The notes: generated by a model not told the origin, from the letters alone. A DNA stretch of 64,000 nucleotides from Clostridiales bacterium (GCA_012518395.1 JAAYSJ010000191.1:1550-65549); one strand, 5' to 3'. Positions 29,350 through 39,145 are shown, counted from the first letter of the stretch. Translations and numbers: made by a program.

Positions 29350-31263
29350 ATGAAATCCAGGTTTGCTACAGCGTTGAAGATATGTATTGCTTTGGTATTG
29401 GCTTTAGCTATTATTATCCCGGGATTTAGAGGGAGTATATCTACAGCTCAGGGGGAAGTATCTGTTAAGGTTTCGTTCCCTAATGACGATAAAAATGTAA
29501 CAACTATAGGGGGGAAGGATTATGCTACCCCAAACTCTGCTTTTACCCTTAATTATAAGATAACTAATGGCAGCGGGGATAATATATCTAAAGTTACTAT
29601 AGAGGAGACTCTCTATGATAATAATGGGAACCCGGCTTCAGGGACTGAAACAATTACTTGGGAGACAGGTATTGATGCCGGTGGCGAGAAAACTTTGGGC
29701 GGGAGGAGATTTACAGGTAAGAAAGATATACCCTCCTATACTATTCGCTATAAGATATTATATATGCCGGAAGGTGGCAGCGAATTGCTACCGGTAAAGG
29801 GTGGCAGCGGTGAGAAACAAATTTCTATCGTTTCATCAGGCATAAAGGTCACCTATAAGGCTAATGCAACTGGCCAGGTGCCTATAGGGCAAGAAGTGAC
29901 CTATACTGTAGAACTTAAATCTACAGCTAATGTAAATATAGAAAATATTCAAATAAAGGATAGCGTGCTGGGTCTATTGGGTGAGAAATCCTTATTGGAG
30001 CCGGGTGCATCGGCATCCTTTACTAAAACATTTAAATTAGATAAGACCACCAATAGTTTTCCCGTTTTAACTTACGATGACCCGTTAAACCCCGGTAAAA
30101 GAACAGAACAGGCGGCGAAAGAGGCTGGGGTGGAAGTTAAGGTGGAAGAAAAGCTAGTTGACAAACCCTTGGAAATAGTCGGGAAGGCAAATAAGACAAC
30201 CATAGAACCCGGTGAAGAAGTAGATTTTAGCCTGAGCGTGGTAAACAAGGGAAATAGAACACTGACAAAGGTGAGAGTAGTCGATTGGACAGGCAAGGAA
30301 ATCCTTGCCCGAGACAGTATTGCCCCGGGAAGGGAAGGCACTGTCATATACACCGGCAGGATAGAACCCGGTAAGGACTATACCTTTAAGGCGACTGCTG
30401 TTGAAGAGGGAACTGGAAGGAACGTGGAGTCTGTCTATACCATAAAATTTGATGGTTTAGGGGCTAATATTGAAATAACTAATGTTGTGACCCCTCAGGA
30501 TATAGCCAAAGGGGATATGATTAGAATCGAATATACCATAAAAAACACCGGGCAGATCACCTTAGTTAATGGGGTGGTGGAAGAACCAGAATTCGGCCAG
30601 GTTGGTCGATTTGACGAGCTCAAACCGGATCAGACAGAGACCTTTTCTATTGAACAGGTGATTGAATCTGATACCATCAGCCATCCTAAAATATTCGCAA
30701 AGGCCAAGGATACCGGCTGGGATTATGAGTTTCAGGGCAATCCGGTTGATATAACCATAAATATAGAGGGTACTCAACCCTTACTGACTATAAAATTATC
30801 CTCGGAACCCGAGACTTTGGAAGAGGCGGGAACTGTGGATCTTTTATGCACTGTAACCAATGATGGCGACTCAAAAATCGATAACATAGAATTGATCCTA
30901 AACGAAAGAGAAATAAATATTGGGAGTATCCTGTCCCTGGAACCTGGGGATCAGAAGACTATTACTTTCCCGGGGTTGGATATTGAGGAGGATACTTCCT
31001 TTACTGTAACAGCTAAAGGTGTTGCCAATGACGGTGAAGAAGTGGAATTCACAAGCGATGCCTATGAAATAATAATCGGTGGTGAGGCAGAGGAAGAGCC
31101 AGTAAAGAATCCGAAATTAGTATTTTTAAAGAACATGCTATGGGTCTTGGCTTTTTTGATTATAGCAACTGTAGGCGGTATTATATACCTTATAAGGGAT
31201 TTAAAACGGGGCGGTAAAAAGGGAATTAAAATAAAGAAAAAGAAACCTGCTATTAAAGGCTGA
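29350..31263 (+). CDS. Cell-surface protein with about five Ig-like (CARDB/DUF11-type) repeats, N-terminal signal peptide and C-terminal TM anchor
   Basis: Signal peptide MKSRFATALKICIALVLALAIII. Recurrent blocks of the form 'xVxFxLxVxNxGxxxLxxVxVxD' (FTLNYKITNGSGDNISKVTIEE; VTYTVELKSTANVNIENIQIKD; VDFSLSVVNKGNRTLTKVRVVD; IRIEYTIKNTGQITLVNGVVEE; VDLLCTVTNDGDSKIDNIELIL). C-terminus WVLAFLIIATVGGIIYLI plus a Lys-rich tail. Confidence 0.7.
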   Translation: MKSRFATALKICIALVLALAIIIPGFRGSISTAQGEVSVKVSFPNDDKNVTTIGGKDYATPNSAFTLNYKITNGSGDNISKVTIEETLYDNNGNPASGTETITWETGIDAGGEKTLGGRRFTGKKDIPSYTIRYKILYMPEGGSELLPVKGGSGEKQISIVSSGIKVTYKANATGQVPIGQEVTYTVELKSTANVNIENIQIKDSVLGLLGEKSLLEPGASASFTKTFKLDKTTNSFPVLTYDDPLNPGKRTEQAAKEAGVEVKVEEKLVDKPLEIVGKANKTTIEPGEEVDFSLSVVNKGNRTLTKVRVVDWTGKEILARDSIAPGREGTVIYTGRIEPGKDYTFKATAVEEGTGRNVESVYTIKFDGLGANIEITNVVTPQDIAKGDMIRIEYTIKNTGQITLVNGVVEEPEFGQVGRFDELKPDQTETFSIEQVIESDTISHPKIFAKAKDTGWDYEFQGNPVDITINIEGTQPLLTIKLSSEPETLEEAGTVDLLCTVTNDGDSKIDNIELILNEREINIGSILSLEPGDQKTITFPGLDIEEDTSFTVTAKGVANDGEEVEFTSDAYEIIIGGEAEEEPVKNPKLVFLKNMLWVLAFLIIATVGGIIYLIRDLKRGGKKGIKIKKKKPAIKG

Positions 31264-31277
31264 AAATATTGCTGTGC

Positions 31278-31325
31278 TCCGGCCAATCTCGGGAAAGAAA
31301 CTTCAGAATTGGCCGGACTTTTTAT
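31278..31325. terminator. Bidirectional terminator between convergent genes
   Basis: TCCGGCCAAT (31278-31287) / ATTGGCCGGA (31308-31317) stem followed by CTTTTTATTTTT. Confidence 0.7.
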
Positions 31326-31885
31326 TTTTGATATTTTTCTATCAATTGTTCTATGGACAGCCAATACTGATAGCCTTGTCTTCTGGGGTTTTTTGACTTC
31401 CCTGCACTTGACCTTTGGGTTGGACTGTAAAGCCATTTCAAAAAATTCATCCACAGTATTAAACACTTAGTACAAAAACCTGCTTCCATGGGTTTGAGTT
31501 CAAAGCCCAGCCGCTTGAGACCAGCCCCTAACATAGTAACTCCCCACACGGCTTTAACCCGGGAGTCTAATCTGCCTAAGCGGGCTAAATGTGCCAGGTT
31601 GGCTATCTCTTGGCGAAAAGGACCTAGAAACTCATGGCCGGATATTACTTTCCTGTCCGCCCCATTGCCCGTATAAATAATCATATTGGAGATATGCAAT
31701 TCCAATACATAATCCCCGGGCAAGACTCTAGTTCCATCGGAAAGGGTCTCAGGCTTCCCTTTGTAAGGATGGGCAGATATTCTAAGGAGCCCATGGGGAG
31801 ATCCCTCTATAGGAGTAACCTTATAAGCCCAAATAAAAAACCTCTCCCAAAGGGAGACAACAGGTCTCAGCATAGATTTAAGCAT
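31322..31885 (-). CDS. YkoP-family protein
   Basis: LLRISAHPYKGKPETLSDGTRVLPGDYVLELHISN and C-terminal YWLSIEQLIEKY resemble B. subtilis YkoP as I recall it. Overlaps the deacetylase gene by 8 nt. Confidence 0.6.
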   Translation of the reverse strand: MLKSMLRPVVSLWERFFIWAYKVTPIEGSPHGLLRISAHPYKGKPETLSDGTRVLPGDYVLELHISNMIIYTGNGADRKVISGHEFLGPFRQEIANLAHLARLGRLDSRVKAVWGVTMLGAGLKRLGFELKPMEAGFCTKCLILWMNFLKWLYSPTQRSSAGKSKNPRRQGYQYWLSIEQLIEKYQK

Positions 31886-32555
31886 TGAGCGCCTCCTTCA
31901 TTCGATCCAAGGTGACAAATTTGTATCCCTTTTCATGAAGAGAACTTATAATATACGGCAGAGCCCTCAAGGCTTTTACCGGGGCTCCGGATGTCCCCCG
32001 ATTATCATGGAGTACGATTATTGAGCCTTTATCACATTTGTCTATAACTATATTATAGATGTATTCTGGAGTAGTATCCAAAGCCCAATCCCGGGCCTCT
32101 ACTGACCAAAGGGCAATATTCAGATTCAGTCTTTTAGCTGCATAGATGCTGACAGCATTAAAATGACCCCAGGGCGGACGATACCACTTAGGGGGATTCC
32201 CTGTGATTCTAGTTATGGTTTCATAGGTTCTTTTTATATCTCTCATGGTATAGAACGGTGGCATAAGCCAAGCATGGCGGTGGGAATATGAATGGCAGCC
32301 AATTATATGACCTTCACGTGCTATACGCTTGATGATGTCAGGATAAAGAGCCGCCTGTCTTCCCAGACAGAAGAAGGAAGCGGGCACTTGGTATTCTTTT
32401 AGGATGTCCAGCAGACGAGGCGTATATTCAGGATTAGGTCCGTCATCAAAGGTAAGCGCGACTTCCTTATTTAGGGGAGAACCCGTGCGTATAATCTTTT
32501 TTGATCGATTGCGCGCCCAATAGCTTGGTACAAGACAATATAAAGTAAACAACAT
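31878..32555 (-). CDS. Polysaccharide deacetylase (NodB/CE4 domain)
   Basis: TFDDGPNPEYT, HSYSH and RPPWG motifs. Confidence 0.88.
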   Translation of the reverse strand: MLFTLYCLVPSYWARNRSKKIIRTGSPLNKEVALTFDDGPNPEYTPRLLDILKEYQVPASFFCLGRQAALYPDIIKRIAREGHIIGCHSYSHRHAWLMPPFYTMRDIKRTYETITRITGNPPKWYRPPWGHFNAVSIYAAKRLNLNIALWSVEARDWALDTTPEYIYNIVIDKCDKGSIIVLHDNRGTSGAPVKALRALPYIISSLHEKGYKFVTLDRMKEALNA

Positions 32556-32601
32556 TTTTAGGCCGCTCCCATAGAATTAATAAAATAAATCAATATACAT
32601 T

Positions 32602-33801
32602 TCATGCGTATAGATTTTTCCTTGTTTGCGAGTCTGTTTCTGCAGGGTTTCCGCAATTGTTGTTACCCACCATGTCTATTATGGTTTTAACGACTTCTCT
32701 GGCAGACGAGGGTCTGGATAAGAGCCCCATAGCCCTTGATATATTCCTTAAAAGGGCTGGGTCTTTCACAGCTTTCTTTATCAGTTTTACTGCCTGACTT
32801 ACATTGTCAGCTTTGAGGGCTGCATTATTCTCAAGCAAAAACCTTACATTGCACATTTCGTGACCTGGTAAGGGCTTATAGATTAAAAGAGGCAGTTTAA
32901 CGGCCAAGGCTTCAAAAACCGTTATTCCACCTGCTTTAGATAAAAGCAGGTGGGCACCTTTCATGACGGGGGCAATATTCTCAACATAGTCGATTACTCT
33001 TATGGGTATGGATGAATCCCGGACTATTACCTTCAGTTTCATTGCCAAAGCCTTATTAGAACCCGTCAAGGCTATTATCTGCATTGGAAGGGTCATAGCA
33101 GCCAGCCTCTTGCAGATCTTATCTACCCCTGGCATCATGCCCCTGCCGCCCCCCATGATAAGCAGGGTAAATATTGATGGATCCAGATTGTGCTTAAGCC
33201 AGAATCCAGGATTAGGTATGGGCGATTCAAACTGCGGTCTTATAGGTATGCCAGTAATTTGAATCTTTTCTTCTAGGACGCCTTTTTCTAAAAAACTGGC
33301 TACAGGTGCATTAGCGGCCAGGAAATAACGATCCGCCGTCTTGTGTATCCACTGGCTATGAGAAGTCACGTCAGTGACAACCACTGCTAGAGAAATGTCT
33401 ATCTTACCGATTTCCTTTAGCCTGGAAATTACTCCTGCAGGGGTGGGAAAGGTACATATTATTATTCTGGGAGAACAATGGGTAATCAATTGCAGCATTT
33501 TTTTGCTGCCTATTTTGCTGAGAATTCGATGCCATACAGATAAAGGGTTTTTGCTATCAGTTATTCTATAATACCAATCATAAATGAAGGGAAACCATCT
33601 TATAAGCTGGCAATAGAAGAATATAAACAGGCCGTTAAGCAGCGGGAAGGTCTGTTTAAAATAGTTATGTATCGCTACATCCCAATGTGGCCGTTCTTCA
33701 CTTAGCACCTTCTGTAAAGCGGCTGAAACCTGATGGTGACCCTTACCAAAATCAGCGGATAGGATCAAAACATCATATTTATCTACATTGTCTGAAGGCA
33801 T
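32602..33801 (-). CDS. MGDG-synthase-like glycosyltransferase (GT28 family, YkoN/UgtP-like)
   Basis: N-terminal ILSADFGKGHHQVSAAL block and a C-terminal GT-B Rossmann half (MGGGRG...SKAGGITVFEAL). Confidence 0.8.
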   Translation of the reverse strand: MPSDNVDKYDVLILSADFGKGHHQVSAALQKVLSEERPHWDVAIHNYFKQTFPLLNGLFIFFYCQLIRWFPFIYDWYYRITDSKNPLSVWHRILSKIGSKKMLQLITHCSPRIIICTFPTPAGVISRLKEIGKIDISLAVVVTDVTSHSQWIHKTADRYFLAANAPVASFLEKGVLEEKIQITGIPIRPQFESPIPNPGFWLKHNLDPSIFTLLIMGGGRGMMPGVDKICKRLAAMTLPMQIIALTGSNKALAMKLKVIVRDSSIPIRVIDYVENIAPVMKGAHLLLSKAGGITVFEALAVKLPLLIYKPLPGHEMCNVRFLLENNAALKADNVSQAVKLIKKAVKDPALLRNISRAMGLLSRPSSAREVVKTIIDMVGNNNCGNPAETDSQTRKNLYA

Positions 33802-34006
33802 TATTAACCCCCCTTTATATGAATTGTTGCCAAATAAACTGGGTCTAAACGAATATGTATTAAAAGTTTATACACAATAGTCCATTTCACTTTATATTTG
33901 CATCTGATATTGTCTTAAGGATACAGATAATATAAGATAAGATAAGAGTGAAAATGAGCATATTATCAATAAAACCGTATGAATATTTAGGGAGGAAATT
34001 ATCCGG

Positions 34007-34915
34007 ATGATTAAGAAACTTCATCAAGTAGAAGATTTGTTAGCCGGGCGCCCACCAGGGAAGATAGCTGTTGTTGCTGCCCATGATATAAATGTATTGA
34101 GCTCCCTTAAAGAAGCTTATGACAGGGGATTTGCCCAACCCATTCTTATAGGGAATAAGGGAAAAATTATTGATATTGCCAATGAAATAGGCTTTGATCT
34201 GTCAGGGGTTAATATTATACAGCAAGACAATAACCACAAGAGCGCAAGGGTAGCCATCGAATTGGCCCAAAGGGGGGAGGCCCAGGCACTGATGAAGGGG
34301 ATCCTCCCTACTGCAGATTTTATGAAGGCCGTCCTCAACAGGGAGATCGGCCTTAAGACCGACAGACTTATTAGCCATACTATGGTGATCGAAAATAAGA
34401 ACTACCCAAAATTATTATATGTAACGGATGCTGCTATAAATATTGAACCCGACCTTATGCAAAAGGTCGAATTAATCAATAATTCTGTAGATATCGCAAA
34501 GGCTCTAGGAGTTAAAAAACCCAAAGTCGCGGTATTGGCGGCTATTGAGGCAGTAAATCCATCAATGAAGAGCACCCTTGACGCGGCTCTTTTGACTCAG
34601 ATGAATAAGCGGGGACAGATAGAAGGGTGCATAGTTGACGGGCCCTTAGCCTTGGATCTTGCCATAAGCCCTGAATCAGTCAAGCAAAAGAAAGTCAAAA
34701 GCGATGTAGCGGGAGATGCTGATGTGCTCCTGTTACCTAATATAGACGCCGCCAATATTTTAGTCAAGTCACTGGCCTTTTTGCAAAAAAGTAAGATGTG
34801 TCATATTATCACCGGGTCTAAAGCACCTTTAGTCGTGACTTCCAGATCCGATGGGTCGATGATAAAATATTATTCCATTATTACAGCCCTGGCTCTATGC
34901 CGGAATTGTAAATAA
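34007..34915 (+). CDS. ptb: Phosphate butyryltransferase / phosphate acyltransferase (PTA_PTB family)
   Basis: Collinear with my recollection of C. acetobutylicum Ptb (AVVAAHD..., MKGILPTADFMKAVLNREIGL, VDGPLALDLAIS, VVTSRSD). Confidence 0.8.
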   Translation: MIKKLHQVEDLLAGRPPGKIAVVAAHDINVLSSLKEAYDRGFAQPILIGNKGKIIDIANEIGFDLSGVNIIQQDNNHKSARVAIELAQRGEAQALMKGILPTADFMKAVLNREIGLKTDRLISHTMVIENKNYPKLLYVTDAAINIEPDLMQKVELINNSVDIAKALGVKKPKVAVLAAIEAVNPSMKSTLDAALLTQMNKRGQIEGCIVDGPLALDLAISPESVKQKKVKSDVAGDADVLLLPNIDAANILVKSLAFLQKSKMCHIITGSKAPLVVTSRSDGSMIKYYSIITALALCRNCK

Positions 34916-34932
34916 ATCGGGAGGAGATTATA

Positions 34933-35418
34933 ATGGAAAAACAGATATTTTCTATATGGGTCAAAAACAAGCTGGGAGTATTATCGGAGGTGGCTTCAGT
35001 ATTTGGAGATGCCGAAATCAATATTCAAAGCCTGGCAGTAGGTGTTAGTGAGGACGAGGATATCAGCAGAATTACCATAGTTTCAGATGGGGATGAAGAG
35101 TCTGTAGCTGTCCTGACAGCCAAAATCAATGGGATGCCAAATATTGTTCGTATGGAAAAGATTATAAACGAAAACTCTGTTTTAAGGGAATTGGCAATGA
35201 TCCGGGTCAACGCCCCGGAGAGCAAACGACAGAACATCATGGCTATAGCAGAGATCTTTAGGGCTCAGGTAGTGGACGTAGGCCTGCGAAGTATGACTCT
35301 GGAGTTAAGCGGCGCCAAAGTCAAAATTCAGGCTATGGAGGATCTTTTAAAACCATTTGGGATTCAGGAAGTAGTGAGGACAGGGATTATTGCTATTGAA
35401 AGAGGTGCCAGGGGCTAG
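34933..35418 (+). CDS. ilvN: Acetolactate synthase small (regulatory) subunit-like ACT-domain protein
   Basis: 161 aa, collinear with B. subtilis IlvH as I recall it (VKNKLGVLSEV..., RELAMIRVNAP, FRAQVVDV, LLKPFGIQEVVRTG). No large subunit in the window. Confidence 0.75.
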   Translation: MEKQIFSIWVKNKLGVLSEVASVFGDAEINIQSLAVGVSEDEDISRITIVSDGDEESVAVLTAKINGMPNIVRMEKIINENSVLRELAMIRVNAPESKRQNIMAIAEIFRAQVVDVGLRSMTLELSGAKVKIQAMEDLLKPFGIQEVVRTGIIAIERGARG

Positions 35419-35537
35419 CCAATGGATAAAAGCGTTAGGGTTATTGTTTATGCTATAATAGGGTAGCCAGATATAAGTACTGTATTACTGTGGCTTATGC
35501 TGCAGATCTGTTGCAAAGAAGATTGGGGGAGGGTTGT

Positions 35538-36137
35538 ATGGATATAGAGTCCCAGTTGATCGAAAGATCATTAGACGGCGATTCCGTTGCCTTTGAAGAA
35601 TTGGTTATGCTATTTGATAGAAAGATATATAATTATTGTTACCGTATGACAAACAACCCTGATGATGCTGAGGATCTGGCTCAAGAGGTTTTTATTAAGG
35701 TGTACAGGAACCTAAAGTCTTTTAGAAGAGACAGTAAATTTTCTACATGGATTTATCGCATAGCACACAATATATGCATAGATAATCATCGCAAAAAAAG
35801 ATTTAGGCTTTTGTCCATAAACAGAGAAGATGATCAGCAGGAATTGGAAATGCCTTCAACTGATCCTTTGCCCGAGGATCAGATCATTAGCAGTGAGGGT
35901 TATGATATGGTTTTAGAGTGCATTGCAGCCTTGAAACCTGAATATAAATCTGTAATAATTCTCAGGGATATACAAAATTATTCTTATGAAGAGATTGCTG
36001 ATATTTTGAACAAGCCCATGGGGACTGTTAAATCAAATATAAGCCGGGCCAGAGCATGTCTTAGGGACTCTATTAGATCCCACCGCCCCAGGACACCCGA
36101 TGGAAGGGGGGTAAACAATGGATTTGAAGCATTTTGA
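35538..36137 (+). CDS. ECF-type RNA polymerase sigma-70 family factor
   Basis: Region 2 DAEDLAQEVFIKVYRNLKSFR...FSTWIYRIAHN and region 4 YEEIADILNKPMGTVKSNISRAR. ATG at 35538 follows GGGGGAGGG. Confidence 0.9.
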   Translation: MDIESQLIERSLDGDSVAFEELVMLFDRKIYNYCYRMTNNPDDAEDLAQEVFIKVYRNLKSFRRDSKFSTWIYRIAHNICIDNHRKKRFRLLSINREDDQQELEMPSTDPLPEDQIISSEGYDMVLECIAALKPEYKSVIILRDIQNYSYEEIADILNKPMGTVKSNISRARACLRDSIRSHRPRTPDGRGVNNGFEAF

Positions 36138-36954
36138 TGAATATATAAGCCCTTATCTGGACGGGAAGCTTAACGAAGAAGAAAAGGCAGTTCTTGAGAA
36201 TCATCTGGATACATGTACTGAATGCATGGCAAAACTGGAGGAAACCCGAAAGCTCGTTCAGGTTCTGGATTCCTTGGATGAATTACCATTGCCTACGGAT
36301 TTCCATAAAAATTTGACTATAAAGCTGGAACAGTCCAAAAGACAGAGAAATACCCATTGGTACAGTTGGGCTGGGGCTGTAGCGGCTATTATCATTATTT
36401 TCTTTTCCATTAAAGCCGTTATTGGCCCATTGCAGTTGGACAAAGCGACTGAGTCTGCCCCAATGGAGGCAGAGATAGCGACAGACGAGAGTGGGGAAGG
36501 GGACTTCAAGTTTGAACCCGGAGAACCTGAGAGCCCGGCAGCTGCCCCAGAGGACAGCAATGAAAAAGAGGCAAGGGGAGACTCGGAAATTGCCAGGGTG
36601 GAACAGGAAGAAATGGCTCCCCAAGGTGAATGGGGGGAAGCAGATTCCCAGGCTGAACCGGCAGAAGCCCCTCAGGATGATGGATCGTATTATGGTGAAA
36701 CGAGAGCCATACAAACCGATGTAGTAGAGGTATATACGGAGGATATATGTATAACTCCCTATGCCCTTAAGCTTATGGCTTTGGACAATGATATGGAACC
36801 GATAGAGAGTGACGAGAATTCTGTTGTCATAGTATTAGATGGAGAAGATAAGAGACATATATTATTTGAGGAACTCTCCAAAATGGGGGAGATAAAAGAA
36901 GTAGGATCAAACAATATAGAAGATCAGGTAAGGGTGATAATAAAGGTTAAGTAA
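36118..36954 (+). CDS. Anti-sigma factor (zf-HC2) with single TM and acidic extracytoplasmic region
   Basis: HLDTCTECMAKL (Hx3Cx2C) and TM segment WAGAVAAIIIIFFSIKAVI. Overlaps the sigma gene by 20 nt. Confidence 0.8.
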   Translation: MDLKHFDEYISPYLDGKLNEEEKAVLENHLDTCTECMAKLEETRKLVQVLDSLDELPLPTDFHKNLTIKLEQSKRQRNTHWYSWAGAVAAIIIIFFSIKAVIGPLQLDKATESAPMEAEIATDESGEGDFKFEPGEPESPAAAPEDSNEKEARGDSEIARVEQEEMAPQGEWGEADSQAEPAEAPQDDGSYYGETRAIQTDVVEVYTEDICITPYALKLMALDNDMEPIESDENSVVIVLDGEDKRHILFEELSKMGEIKEVGSNNIEDQVRVIIKVK

Positions 36955-37139
36955 TGTATTGTTTACAGCATATGAATCAGGGAGAATGTTTTGCACTATA
37001 GTATCTGAATGTAAAACATATAGATATTTTTATCCGGTTCATGTCAGGTCTGCAAATATTATATGGGTTTAGCTGTATAAACAGGATAAATATGGTGAAT
37101 AATATATCCATCATATATAGTCTTAAGGAGATGAAAGAA

Positions 37140-37943
37140 ATGCAGGATAATACAGTTAAATCCTTTTTGGATCCGGTGCTAATCACTTTAATGGAGAAAG
37201 AGGTCAGTAAATCTAAAGACGCAGAAGAACCTGTAAACCGCGCTTTTGAAGTAATCGCCCAGAAGAGCGGACTGAAATTTAATACTGTAAGAAACTATTA
37301 CTACCGATATATACACAGCAAAAATAATGGTATTCCGGGAAAAGGCCGGGGGAATAGAGATATGGGCGATACTGTAGCAGGGAGCACCTTTACTGAACAG
37401 GAGGTAAAGGAGCTGGTTGAGGCAATGCTTATAGAACAGGCCAAGGGCGGATCTGTGCGAGGCTGTGCTAACAGGCTGGCCGAAGGCGATAAGAGGCTTA
37501 TGCTCAGGTATCAGAACAAATATCGCAACGTCCTATCGGGCAACCCCGAATATGTAGAAGGGCTAATGAAGGATATGTCAGATAGGGGAATGGTTTATTT
37601 TGATCCCCTGAGGAAACAGATAATTCATGGGAAAACCCATATGGCTGAGGGAGATCTTATTGAAAATATAGGTCAGCTGGCATCAAATATAGACGAGATC
37701 GATAGCCCGGCCTTAGATAACTTTTTCAGGGGATTACATGAACTGACCCAAATGGCCGTCCAATACAAGCGAAGCGATAAAGGTGGGGATCAGACTCTTA
37801 TTTTAGCAATGGTCAATCGATTGATCGGTATAAATAAAAAGTTTCTAGACCTTCCGCCTACTGGTAAACTTACGGGCTTGTCTGAATATATAAGACAGGT
37901 TGAAAGCTGTATTAAAGATATGGGAACCGAGCAACTGTCATAA
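37140..37943 (+). CDS. Hypothetical protein (no family recognised)
   Basis: A long ORF with reasonable coding look. AAGGAG lies 9 nt upstream of the ATG at 37140 (alternative ATG at 37131). Two Tyr/Arg-rich helical motifs (NTVRNYYYRYI; LMLRYQNKYRNV). Confidence 0.55.
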   Translation: MQDNTVKSFLDPVLITLMEKEVSKSKDAEEPVNRAFEVIAQKSGLKFNTVRNYYYRYIHSKNNGIPGKGRGNRDMGDTVAGSTFTEQEVKELVEAMLIEQAKGGSVRGCANRLAEGDKRLMLRYQNKYRNVLSGNPEYVEGLMKDMSDRGMVYFDPLRKQIIHGKTHMAEGDLIENIGQLASNIDEIDSPALDNFFRGLHELTQMAVQYKRSDKGGDQTLILAMVNRLIGINKKFLDLPPTGKLTGLSEYIRQVESCIKDMGTEQLS

Positions 37944-38028
37944 AGGGTATACAAATCCATGTATTTTAACAGGGCATGGCTTATAATAGTAAAAAGGCTT
38001 CTGGTGCGCATTAAATGGGGGGTTTCAC

Positions 38029-38886
38029 ATGGATAGATACAGTGAAGCAAGAAGGGTTGCCTTATGGGGTATTGGCGCGAACATTGTACTTCTTATAATT
38101 AAACTTATTGTGGGCTTTATAAGCAAGAGTCAAGCTATGATAGCAGACGGCTTTAACAGTGCCGGGGATGTCTTTGCCTCTATAATGACCCTCACGGGGA
38201 ATAGAATATCTAACATGCCTGAGGATAAAGATCATCCCTTCGGCCATGGAAAGGCTGAATATGTCTTTTCTATGATTATAAGCTTTTCCCTATTACTTAT
38301 CACCTACGAGATATTAAAAAGCGCTATAGAGTCTATTATTAGTCGCAGGAGCTTCACATTCTCTTGGTGGCTGGTGGGAGTGGCGGTCATAACTATATTG
38401 CTTAAAACGGCTCTATGGATATATACCCACCGTGTGGGGAAAAGGTGGAATAACCTATTGATTTTCGCTAACTCCGAGGATCACAGAAATGATATTCTAG
38501 TAACATCAGGTACCTTAGCAGGTATCATATTCGGAACCGGAAAATTGTACTGGCTGGACGGGGTTATAGGAATAGGCATATCTTTATGGATTGGGTACAC
38601 GGGAATAAGGATTTTTGTCAGTGCCTATAATGTCCTTATGGACACCAATATGGACGACAAGCTCATGGAACGTCTGCAAAATGAAATAGAATCTATACCG
38701 GGGGTGGATCACGTAGATTCCATAAGCGCCAAGCCTATAGGGGTAAGTTTCATTATTATAGTAAAGGTGTCGGTGGCCGGATCTATGACCGTGGAGGCAG
38801 GGCATGCCGTTGCAGCTCAGATCAAGGAGAGAATAAAAGGTAACAAAAACGTAGGGGATGTATTAGTCCATGTTAACCCATGCTAA
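38029..38886 (+). CDS. Cation diffusion facilitator (CDF) family metal efflux transporter
   Basis: ADGFNSAGD and HPFGHGKAEY motifs, six TM segments and a C-terminal cytoplasmic domain. Confidence 0.9.
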   Translation: MDRYSEARRVALWGIGANIVLLIIKLIVGFISKSQAMIADGFNSAGDVFASIMTLTGNRISNMPEDKDHPFGHGKAEYVFSMIISFSLLLITYEILKSAIESIISRRSFTFSWWLVGVAVITILLKTALWIYTHRVGKRWNNLLIFANSEDHRNDILVTSGTLAGIIFGTGKLYWLDGVIGIGISLWIGYTGIRIFVSAYNVLMDTNMDDKLMERLQNEIESIPGVDHVDSISAKPIGVSFIIIVKVSVAGSMTVEAGHAVAAQIKERIKGNKNVGDVLVHVNPC

Positions 38887-38900
38887 AAACATAAAAAAGC

Positions 38901-38929
38901 TGGAAACCTGTCTGAAATAGTGTTATACT
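38901..38929 (+). promoter_or_regulatory. Promoter TGGAAA-N17-(TGt)TATACT for the cobalamin riboswitch transcript
   Basis: -35-like box at 38901-38906 and an extended -10 TGTTATACT at 38921-38929, with 17-nt spacing. Confidence 0.5.
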
Positions 38930-38969
38930 CTATTTAAAATAACTGCAAGGAACCAAAAAAACTTTATAG

Positions 38970-39145
38970 TGTTCATATCTGTAGGTGTCCGAGAAAATCG
39001 GATGAAAAGGGAAAGCGGTTAGAAGCCGCTGCAGCCCCCGCTACTGTGTACGGAGATGGCCTGCTTAAGAAAAGACCACTGGGAAACCGGGAAGGTCAGC
39101 AGGCACAAATGACCCGCAAGCCAGGAGACCTGCCTATAGATAGTT
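38970..39145 (+). promoter_or_regulatory. Cobalamin (AdoCbl/B12) riboswitch aptamer
   Basis: Conserved blocks AAAAGGGAAAGCGGT...GCCGCTGCAGCCCCCGCTACTGT, CCACTGGGAAACCGGGAAGG and the B12 box AAGCCAGGAGACCTGCC. P1 pairs ATATCTGTAGG with CCTATAGATAG. Confidence 0.9.
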
